Both the position numbers and the translations under genes were made by a program. The notes under the pieces were generated by a model. It worked only from the letters and a program-made list of their open reading frames with translations, was not told where the DNA came from and searched no databases. Shown here in pieces: positions 15,801 to 27,800 of a stretch of 64,000 nucleotides of DNA. Every line of letters starts with the position of its first letter. The first letter of the stretch is position 1. Location of the stretch: the NCBI GenBank assembly GCA_951406725.2, contig OX597816.1, forward strand, positions 94,302,001 through 94,366,000, in the 5' to 3' direction. The DNA comes from Octopus vulgaris (Eukaryota).

Positions 15801-18800
15801 TTACATGTCACCGGCACAGAAGCCAGTCAGGCGGCACTGGCATCAGCCACACTTGACTGGTGCTTTTTACATGCCATTAGCACAGGTGCCAGTCAGGCGG
15901 TACTGGCATAGGCCACACTTGAATGGTGCTTTTTATGTGCCACCAGCATAGGTGCCAGTCAGGCAGCACTGGTATTGGCCATGACGACGATTGAAAGGTA
16001 CTCTTAAATGGGCCAGTTATGTGACACTGGCATCGGCCATGACTATGATTTCACTTGGCTTGCCTGGTCTTCTCAAGCACAGCATATCTCTAAAGGTCTC
16101 AGACGCTTGTCATTGCTTCTGTAAGGCCCACCATTCGAAGGTTGTGCTTCATCATCTTGTCCCATGTCTTCCTGGATCTACCTCTTCCTCAGTTTCACTC
16201 CACTGTTAGTGTGTAACACTTCTTCACACAGCTGTCCTCATCCATACACAACACATGACCATACCAGCACAGTTGTCTCTCTTGCACTCCACATCTGATG
16301 CTTCTACTGTCCAACTTTTCTCTCAGGGTGCTTACACTTTGTCATGTATGCACAATGACATTTCACATCCAGCAGAGCATACTAGCTTCATTTTTTCAAG
16401 CCTGCGCATGTCCTCAGCAGCCACAGCCCATGTTTCACTACTATGTAGCATGGCTATTCACACACAAGCATCATACAGTCTGCCTTCCACTCTGAACGGG
16501 AGGCTCTTTGTTACCAGGAGAGGTAGGAGTTCTCTGAACTTTGCCCAGGCTATTCTTCTTCTAGCAGCTATACTCTCAGAGCATCCCTTCCACCCCCACC
16601 CCCGCTACTGACTTAGTCACCTAGTAACAAGCTATCAATTCCTTCCAGTTTTTTTCCTCTGGCATGTGATGGAATCTGTTTTCTGTAAATCTTCGGAGTT
16701 TATTGCACCTGTGCATTTGCCATGCATAAAATCTATCTTCCCCGTTAACCTTCCTTTGATATTTCTGCACTTGTTATGTGTCCATAGCTTACACCAGGTA
16801 CATCTTATGGAGTTTCTACCTACACCTTTTCTACAGATTGAGCAGGGCCGTCTACCTGAAGGGATTTGTGATTTGTCTGCCTTCCTACTTACTAAGACTT
16901 TTGTTTTTGCTAGGTTAACTTTAGGTTAACCCTTCAATTCTAGACCTTGCTTCCACAACTAATCTTCTTCTCTAGTTCTGGTAGTGACTCAGCTATTAGA
17001 GCAAGGTCATCAGCATAGAGAAGCTTCCAAGGACAGCCTGTCTTGAATTCCTCTGTTATTGCCTGAAGGACTATGATGACTAAGAGTGGGCTTAGAACTG
17101 ATCCTTGGTGAACCCCCACTTCTACCCAGAATTCTTCACAATAATCATTGCCAACCACCACCTTACTGACAGCAATCCTGTACAGGGCTTGTACAGCTTT
17201 CACCAATTACTCATCTATCCCTAGTTTCCAAATAAGAGATCGGGGAACCCTGTCAGAGGCTTTCTTCATGTCAATAAAAGCCAAGTACAGAGGTTTATCT
17301 TTGGCTAGATATTATCCCGTTGCTGTCTTACCAGAAATACGGCATCAGTGGTGCTTCTCCCTGGCACAAACCTAAACTGCATCTCATCTAAACTAACTCT
17401 CTCCCTAATTAATTGGGCTATGACCCTTTCTGTGACTTTCATCACCTGATCCAACAATTTGATACCTCTGGAATTATTTCTATCTAATGCATCACCTTTA
17501 CCTTTGTAGCAGTTGACTATGTTGCTACTGCTACACTAGTCATTTTCTTCACTGATTCTATTGTTTCTTCTGCTGATGTGAATTTTTATTTATATTTTTT
17601 TGTTACTGAATTATTCTGAAGACAAAATGAACAATAAAGAGAAGAACCAAATTTCTGTAAATGATAAAGTATCTGTCTTTCTGGAACTTGCTGACACACA
17701 CAAGCTTCTTGGTGAACAGGTAAGGATGTCTAAAGTTTGTTTCTCAAAATATCTCTCCGTAAAGTTCACTTATATGGCACAGAAACAAAAACAAGTTTCT
17801 GCAGGTGACTGTAACCAACTTCTGGTTGACACTTTGATATAATGATCTCTGTGATGCTACATATATACATGCAGTTCCACAAACAGAGTTCATTACTTGA
17901 ATTTACATTATGTAGATTATATTCTTTCATTTTAATGGACATGTGTTGTCTTCTCAGATGATGAACCAAGGCAATATTGGATGTTTGTTGGTTTGTAGAA
18001 TACAAAGGTGGAAAGATAGATATTGTTGATTGCAAAAGAGATTTTTAAAGAATCTGACCAAGAAGACCAGAATAGCAGAAAGAAATTACTGATGAGAGAT
18101 AAAGAAAGTGAGATTTCCTCTTATCAAGGAGTTATCAAATACACATTGATGTAGCTGCAATATAGCTCTGTGATTGACCCAGGGAACTGGGTCAACATTG
18201 AGTATCAATGGCACCTACAAAATATATTAGTATAAATAAGGTTTGACATGGTTTCCGTAGCTACACTGCTTATGTATTGATCAAACACTCCAAAGGAAGA
18301 AAAACAGTTTCGAGATGAGACAAAATCTGAAGGGTGAGTATGATGAAAGAAGTATTATAAGGCTGATGGGACACTATGTGGAAATAATAATATATGAAGA
18401 TTTAGTATCTATAGTGAAAAGAAGGGTCCAGTGAGGGTAAAAAAGGAGGTAAGTAGAATGTAAGAGATAGAATTATTGGTGTTCTGTTAGCTAGTTTGAT
18501 AATTTCTCTTCAGCTATCTGGCTGTTAAAGTGTATCAAATTCAGAGGGTGGTATGCTCAGATGATCATGCTGTTTTCTGAACTTGAACACCTTCAAGTGT
18601 TGTTAATCCTTACTTGAGAATGAGTTAAACCAAGTTGTAAAAAATAAAACTACATTTTTATCCAGTTTGAATTTACCACTTAAGGTCTTTGTAAGTGTCT
18701 ATTATTTCTTGTATTGTTGTGGAAGAATATCTTCAACTGAGTCCAACAAAGGAGATGTTTGATGTAGTTTGAACACATTGTTTTCATTCAACTTGTTGAG

Positions 18801-21800
18801 TTGGACATAATCTAGGCTTCTATTGATAATACCCTGCTCAGTGTCAGGGACACAATTGTAGGACAAAGTTTATGGTGTAAATAGAGGAGAATGCTGGATG
18901 GTGAATTGATGAAAGTTATGTTGAAGATAGATAGACAGGTAAATTTCTCAGTGAGTTGATAACATTAGGTATGACTCTTACTTTAACAGTTCTTACATAG
19001 AACCTATAGAGAAAACTACATCTGTAAAACTACCATTTGGTTTTTTTTTGGGGGGGGGTGTTTTTTTTTGCTCTCATTTGCTTCTAAATAAATAATCATC
19101 ATACTGATAGATTTTTCCATCAATAAATTCCATCTTTTATTTCTCTCTGCAGCATGAAGCAGCTAAAGTAATGCAAGATGCAATAAATGAATTTCAAGGC
19201 ACACCTGAAGAAGTAAGAATCACAATTGCTAATGTTGACCTGGCATTAGCTCGTGGTGATATTGAAATGGCACTTGGTACTCTCAGAAATGTTGGTTCTG
19301 AGCAGCAGTACTTCATACAAGCCAGGGAGAAAATGGCAGATATCTATCTGAACTACAGAAAAAACAAGACACTTTATGCTAACTGTTATCGGTATAAAAT
19401 CTTTCTTTTTCTTAGGAGGAACAGTTATGTTTCAAGAATCTTTGAAGGTTACACTATGTATATAAATATTAAGTTTCCTTTTGGTAATTTTATGAAAGTG
19501 TTTTAGTTTTTAACCATAACTGACTGTGATAAAAGTTTTAGGAAGTATTAGCAAATTGTTATAAGATATTACTATATATATTGGTATGACATAGTGTTTT
19601 TTATAGATATTTAGTATTTTCTGTACTGTAAATGCCAATATGTAAAAAGGAATCTCATACTACTTTTTCTAATTAGAAATAAGCATTTCTATTTGAGTGT
19701 ATGATTGTATGTGAATATGTCATCAAGTACATTTTTCCAATGACTTAATAATTACTTCACTGATTGACTGAGTTTATAAAGTGTAGAACAGTCTCTTTTT
19801 GTGTCATTTATTCTATTCTTTCAGTTGAATACATAATGATGTTTATGTTATTTACTGAACTAGTGAGTACATTAGAAATTATCATTATAGTTTCATAGGG
19901 ACAGTCTTCTACTATAGTTCCAGGCCAACCAAAGTCTTGTGGGTGGATTTGGCAGGCAGAAACTTAATAAGACCATATGATGTTGTTAATGATGATATAT
20001 ACATATATGTGTATGTATGTGTGTGAATGCATGTGTGTACATGCTTGATTGTGTAAGTGTTTGTTTGTCCTTGTCTTGACCTCACATTATTGTTGTAAAT
20101 GAATGTCACTCATTTCCAATATTTTGTGATATAGAATATGTAGGAGCCTGTTCACAGTCCAGTTGGTTTCTGAGTTAGAGATTATTAATGTAGAAGTCTG
20201 AATTAACTTTTTTTTATGTAGAAGAGATAATTAATGCAGGTGATACATATCAAATATGAAACATTACCTATGTCAAAAAGTTTTTCAAAGGAAACTAAGT
20301 GCTTAAAGTTTATGTATGTTAAGCTCAGAAATGAAGACCTAATCTGTCAGTGTTCTTAGCAATATGGATTAGCTTTGCATTGGGATTTTTAGTTGTGAAT
20401 TATCAATGAGCAAAGAGAAATAATGTAATTTTGTTTTCTGTTTACAACTGATGTTCTGTGTTTCAACTGTAGAAAGACTGATACAATTCCATTAAAATTT
20501 ATGTTCGAGGTTTTATTAGTGTACTTATGCCCTATCATAGCTTCTTTTGTTACTCAGTTTTGAAACATTTTTGGTTATGATTTATGTACCTGAAAGGTCT
20601 CGCGTTTTGTCTTTGTATTTGTAGCTGTTTATATGATTCTAATTTCTTCCTCTTATTAAATTTCAGAGAATTGGCTGAAAGAAAGCCTAGTGTTCACACT
20701 TCTTTATTACTTGGTGATGCTTATATGAGTATTCAAGAGGTGAGTCCATTATTTGAAAGCTTAGATATAGCCTAAATACTTAATCCTTTAAGCTTCAGTA
20801 CTTATTTTCCCATGCAACCCCATATACCAGAATAGTAGAAAAAGCTTTCTATGTTTTTGCTCTAAGTAGATTTTTAAGACACTCACTAATAAATGCTTTT
20901 CATGGATAAACACTTCCCTTTGCTTCAGTTTCATCAAACATTTTAAACAGCATTTGTTCTGCATTAATTATTGAAAATTATATAGAAATATGGAAGAAAC
21001 TAAAGCATTCAGAATTATTTACCCACAAAAGCTGTTTATAAGTTAAAAAATTGTTGGTGCACATATGGGGCTGGAATGAGGGCTTAAAAAGTTTTAAAAT
21101 GTTTCATATATGTGATTAGATCTTATGTGATGACTGAAATATTACTGAAAGACTATTAACATATTTTGAGGAACAGTTTAATATTGAGGGATTTTTTTCC
21201 CAGCCTTCTTTATTTTATACTGACCATTGAAAAATGAATGACTCTTTATGATTCTTTATACAAATAATATACTTATTATTGAGTTAGTTCAAAGACTATA
21301 GATTTTTAACATAAGAGATTAATATTAGTATGACATAACTGATTTTATAAGAAGTAAAGTTTGCTGTGTTCTTGGGTATGTAACAATCTAGCAATCTCAT
21401 TCTAATTGTGAGCTTTAATTTTAGTTTGGAGAGAAATAATATTAAGTACAGTGAAGTGGTTGACTTAATCAAAAAAGTGCATTGTTGCTCATTCTGGGAT
21501 TTATATTTCTATCTTGAGAAAACCCGGCAAGACCAGTGAGAACAGTCAAAATCAAAATCAAACCAAATCAATACATATATCAGAAAGCAGAACCAAATTG
21601 AGGTCGATCAACATCAGGGCCCCCGTGCAGGTGACATGTAAAAGCACCACCCGTTCGTGGCCGTTTGCCAGCCCTGTCTGGCCCCCGTGTCGGTGGCACG
21701 TAAAAGCACCATCCGTTCGTGTTCGTTGCCAGCCTCGCCTGGCCCCCGTGCTGGTGACACGTAAAAGCACCATCCGTTCGTGGCCGTTTGCCAGCTCTGT

Positions 21801-24800
21801 CCGGCCCCCGTGCCGGTGACACGTAAAAGCACCATCCGTTCGTGTCCGTTTGCCAACCCTGTCTGGCCCCCGTGTCGGTGGCATGTAAAAGCACCATCCA
21901 TTCGTGTCCGTTGCCAGCCTCGCCTGGCCCCCGTGCCGGTGACACATAAAAGCACCATCCGTTTCATGGCCGTTTGCCAGCTCTGTCTGGCCCCCGTGTT
22001 GGTGGCACGTAAAAGCACCATCCGTTCGTGTCCGTTGCCAGCCTCGCCTGGCCCCCGTGCCGGTGACACGTAAAAGCACCATCCATTTCGTGGCCGTTTG
22101 CCAGCTCTGTCTGGCTCCCATGTTGGTGGCACGTAAAAGCACCATCCGTTCATGTCCGTTGCCAGCCTCGCCTGGCCCCCGTGCCGGTGACACGTAAAAG
22201 CACCATCCGTTCGTGGCCGTTTGCCAGCTCTGTCTGGCACTTGTGCGGGTGGCACGTAAAAAGCACCCACTACACTCACGGAGTGGTTGGCGTTAGGAAG
22301 GGCATCCAGCCGTAGAAACACTGCCAGATCTGACTGGGCCTGATGAAGCCTTCCAGCTTCACAGACCCCAGTTGAACTGTCCAACCCATGCTAGCATGGA
22401 GAACGGATGCTAAATGATGATGATGATGATGATGATCTCAATTAGTTGACATTATTTTGCAAATGTAGACTAGTGCTGGTGCTACATTAAAACAGCTAGT
22501 ACACTCTGTTAAGTGGTTGGCATTAGGAAGGGCATCCTGTCATAGAAACCATGCCAAAGCAGACACAGAACCTGGCAGAATTTCTGACTCATCTGTTCTT
22601 GTTAAACCGTCCAACCCATGCCATCATGGAAAAGAGTACGTTAAATAATGATGATGAGAGAAGCTGATGTTTTTGATATTGATGAAGATAATAATGATTT
22701 CAATATTCATATCTTTCTTGTCAGCCTGACAAAGCAATAGATATTTATGAAGAGGCACTGAAAATGAATCCAAAGGACACAACTCTTGCACATAAGATTG
22801 GCAAAGCTTTGGTGAAAACTCATCAGTATGGAAAGGTAAGTGCTGTTAACACATTTTTGATCTTGCATTATTTTTATAGGTCAGATTTGTCTAGTCCTTT
22901 ACCCTTTAATCATCATTGTCATTGCATAAATCTGCCCAATCCCATTCACTTGGGGCTAAACAACAGCATTTACTGTTATGTTTCTCCAATTTTGTAGGCT
23001 GTGACTTACTATGAAGCGGCAATCCGATCTGGAAATCAGAGTCAGTTTTGGTATGAAGTCATCTTTTGTTTACTTCAATATTTTAGGTCCATATTTGAGA
23101 TTATTTAATGTCTGTTTTCAATACTGGCATAGGTTGGACAGTTTGACAGGAGCTGGTATGGTTGGGGTGCTCACAAGGCTCCATTGTTTGTTCTTGTATG
23201 GCTTCTATGGTTAAGAGTGGCTTCCAGCCATAGAAACCATACCAGAACAAAGGAATCTGGTGTGGCCCCCAACCTTACCAGCTCTTGTCCAACTCAAGCC
23301 AGCATGGAAAACAAGCATTTGATGATGATATATATATTTGAACCCACATACAAAGACATACATCCACACAAACACAATTTCTACTATACCCAGTTTTCAC
23401 TTAGTATTATAAACACTGTTCATTGTTCTTTGTTTGGTCTTCTAGCATTGATCTTGCTGAGCTGCAGTTTCGTTTGAAACAATATGACAAATCAGAGAAG
23501 ATACTTAAGCATGTGTTAGAAGAAGATATATTATGTGAGTTGATCTGAAATTTCATCCATTGCATCCACATTGAGGACAAATTTTAACATATTTCTTTTC
23601 CTTTTTCATGTTCTATTTTCCTAACGGAAAGCCAAAATACTAGAATCTACTGATGGTCTGCATTGTCAGCAATAAGTTCAAGAAAGTTTATAGAATGTCA
23701 TGTGTTGATGGCTTATTCCATTTTGTTAAAAAAACCCTATTTTTGTTGCCTCTGGTGATATGAGGGTGGGCTGAAAAGTTCATAGGCTGACTATGACAGT
23801 GATGCTAGAGCTGTGAAATCTTGCATGCATTAATTTCAACTCTTCTTATGAATAACTGTATTGTTTCTTTCCAAGTAAATTGATATCTGACTGTTCAAAG
23901 AAGACTTCAACTATAACTAGTAGCGGCTTCTCTTGCAAATGGACATAATTTGGCATCATGGTGTTATCAAGTACTAGCAGAAAAAGGGTTTAGCCCCCAA
24001 GGACATTCATGTGAATGGTTGCTACATTAGAGGATCACACTCCAGTTTTATCAACAGTGCAAAAGTGGGCAACTGAATTTAAGAAGGAAGGGATAGTCTT
24101 GAAGATGACCCAAGGTCTGGACATCCTGCAACTGCCACCACAAGGAAAATATTGATTGTGTTCACCACATGGTGATGGGTAACAAGTGATTGACTATAAA
24201 TCAAATAGCATATTCTGTGAGAGTTGAGAATATTCTGCACAATGAACTTGGCATGATAAAGGTTTCTGCTCGATAGATGACATGTCTTCTGACACCTGAT
24301 CAAAAAGGCACCAGGTTGATCACACCACAGGAAAATCTAACATTGTTTGAGACAGATCCTGCTGGTTTCCTTGAATGTTTCCTAATCCAAGATGAGTGTT
24401 AGATTCATCTCCTTCCAGCTACTTCCACCCACTATTGTGTGATGTGGATAGCCTTGTATCTCTTATCTTGTAAAATGTCTGTACCTGACCTCTCAACACC
24501 AGCATTAACTCACTTCTCCCCATTCTACTAAAACCCCACTCAGTTGAAGAGGCTTTGTCATTCAAGCTACTTCTCAACTTCACTTGTTTGAAAATAGCAC
24601 CCAGTACACTCCTTAAAGGGGATGGTGTTAGGAAGGGCATCCAATCACAGAAACCATGCCAAAGCAGACACTGGAGCCTGATGCCATGCTCTAGTTTGTT
24701 GGATCCTGTCAAACCATTCAACCCACACCAGTATGGAAGATGGATGTTAAATGATGATCTTTATAACAGACTATATCCTTGGATGTCCTTTATTATCAGA

Positions 24801-27800
24801 AATGTTGCTACATATGTTTTATTTAGTGAGTTGCTTTATCTACACTGGATTGCCACATATCGTAGCCCTTAATTATTTTGCATATTCTATGCTAGTACCA
24901 TGTATAAAGCACCCAATCTGGCACCACGCATAAAACACCCATGCCGGTGCCACGCATGTGTTAGTGCCATGTAATAGCACTGGTGTCGGTACCACGTAAA
25001 AAGCATCCAGTACATTTTGTAAAGTGGTTGGCATTAGGAAGGGCATCCAGCATTAGAAACCATGTTAAAACTTACAATTGGAGCCTGGTACAGCTCTCTA
25101 GCTGGCCAGCTCCTGTCAAACCTTCTAACCCATGCCAGAATGGGAAATAGATATGTTAAATGATGTTGTAGTAGTGACGATGATATCTCTTATAAATAAC
25201 TAAAACACTTAAGCCAAACATACCATGATGTCTGGTCTTACCTTAACTATCTATGTGTTTTTTATTGCCATATATTCTCTGAAATATTTCAAACAATGAT
25301 CATGATTGTAGTTGTGAAAAGATGAATACAAATGCCTTCAAAATTTCCAGCTTCTTATTTCAATACACCACATCATCATCATCATCATCATCATCGTTTA
25401 ACGTCCGCTTTCCATGCTAGCATGGGTTGGACGATTTGACTGAGGGCTGGTGAACCAGATGGCTGCACCAGGCTTCAATCTTAATCTTGCAGAGTTTCTA
25501 CAGCTGGATGCCCTTCCTAATGCCAACCACTCCAAGAGTGTAGTGGGTGCTTTTATGTGCCACCAGCATGGGGCCAGTCAGGCGCTACTGGCAACGACCT
25601 CGCTCAATTCTTTTACACATGCCACCGGCACAGGTGCCAATGCTGGCAACTATCACGCTCAGATGGTGCTCTTAATACCCTACTAGCACGGGGCTCAAGT
25701 GCCAGTAAGGCGACGCTGGTAATGGTCACGCGCGAATGGTGCCTTTTAAGTGCCACTGGCACAGAAGACGGTTAGCCGTTCTGTCAATGATCACACTCAT
25801 ATGGTGCTCTTTGCACCCCGCTAGCATGAATGCCAGAACTTTTATAATTAATAAATATGACAATTATATATAATAAATACTTGACTTTTTATTTCTTTTC
25901 ATTTCCATTGTGATTAATCTTCATTTTCTATTTATTGATTGCCATCAGATTCTGATTTGGATACCATGATTGTTCATGCTAATTGTATGGCTCTCTTGGC
26001 CAGACTATACCAACAAATACATTGCAATGAAGCGGCAATGTTATATTTCTCTAAAGCTAAAGATCTGCAAATAAAGTAAGTGGTTTCCTATAATAAAATA
26101 TGCAACATAGTATATAGTAAGTAAATAAGCATACCTTTGTGCATGTATGTGCAAATCTGTGTATAATTGTTTCTTTTATGCTGAACTTCCTCTCTATTTT
26201 TTGCTGAAGTTTTGCTGAGTCATAAAATCATATGAAGTGCAGATATGGTTGTGTGATTATGAAGTTTGCCTCCGTTTCAGGTTCAATCCCACTGTGTGAC
26301 ACCTTGTGTCTTTTGCTACAGCCCTGGGCCAACCATAACCTTGTGAGTGGATTTAGTAGCTGGAAACTGGATGAAGCCTGTTGCATATACATGTATGTGT
26401 GTATATGTTTTAGTGTCTAGTCATCTCAACGTTACATGACAGTTGCAAACAAGTGTTAGTGTCAAGCAAATGGGGTCCTTCATTTCCAATCTTCCATGAA
26501 AATATGTTTGGCATGTGGAACTGTTACCTTCTTTGGAAACAGGTGAGGGTTAACAACAGGAAGGAGATCTAGCCATAGAAAATCTGCTTCAGTGAATTTC
26601 ACTCAACTCCTGCGAGCACAGACAATTGGACTTTATAAATTCTTAATAAAAAAAGTAAAACTTCAATACAGTCAGTTGCATTTTTAAGAATGTGTATGTG
26701 TAGCATTTTATATATATGTTTTGTGATAGTTGTTACCTCCAATCTATGGTTTTGCACCAAGATCCTAATATTTGGACACAGTGATTTTAAATGGATTTTT
26801 TGAATATTCAACAAAGCAGGAAACAAGATGGCTTGATATGTCAAGTGATGTTAGAGTTTGATGTTTTTGCTGTCTTGTTTTAAGATAACAAAGTACCAGT
26901 TACATTACAAGTAATGGGGACCAATTCAGGAACTTTCTTTTTTTTTTTTTGAGAAGTAAATCATTGTCAATTTTCAGTTGCAGTGCTTTTGATCAAGTGA
27001 CTGGTTACACAGAGCAATTATTCATGCATGAGTGACTCAAAGGAAATAACCCAGTGTTTCAGCGATTATAATTATCTCCTCTTCGATCTACTCTGTTAGT
27101 ACATTGTTGGAGGATTTATTGTGATATATAGTATTTCTGAACAAAGGAGTTTTGTAACTGACTTCTCTATTATTCCTGTTCTGTTATTGATAATCAAAGA
27201 GAGTAATTACTTTACCACACAAGTTATGCTACAAGAAAAGAACAAAGCACAATAGTAAAAAACACTCACTAAACACCTTGCGCCTGTGATTTATTATATA
27301 AAATGCAATGTGGCAATATAGTCATTTTGCATTTTCTCCACTAGTCAGTCTATTACTGTTTGCAGGTTCTGGTGCTGGCCACAATAGAAGTGATCAAGGT
27401 GTTCTCAGGTGAAATATGACAACTGTTCCCTTTCATTTATCATTGGTTGTGTGCATTCCTCTCAGTTGGACTGAGTGGGATTGCTGGTCTCTTTGTGGGT
27501 GATTCAGCATACAAGCCATAGGGACTGTGTCAGTTGGTAGTTACTACAACAAGAAACTGTATCCTTTGAATATACAGTCCTTCATTTTTGATATTCTACA
27601 GAAAATAAAATACCACCTGGACACTTGAGATGTATATGTGGAAAATAAAATTCTCAGTAAAGTGGATTTCCTCAAATGCTACCCACTCACGTAAACAGAC
27701 CATTTTACAGCTACAATTAATATGTGCTCTTCATATTATTTCTGTTTCTGAGTTAAATTGATATTACTATATTTTTCCCTAGAATTTATCAAAGGATTCA

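Noticed and set aside
21620-22265. CRISPR-like array of regularly spaced repeats
   Set aside because: Whole units repeat with no unique spacers; the array lies in a LINE 3' UTR inside a eukaryotic intron, with no cas genes.
21514-22384. Long overlapping ORFs (211-256 aa) on both strands; likewise 43954-44714
   Set aside because: Products of GC-rich stop-free tandem repeats, with no domain signal or splice context.
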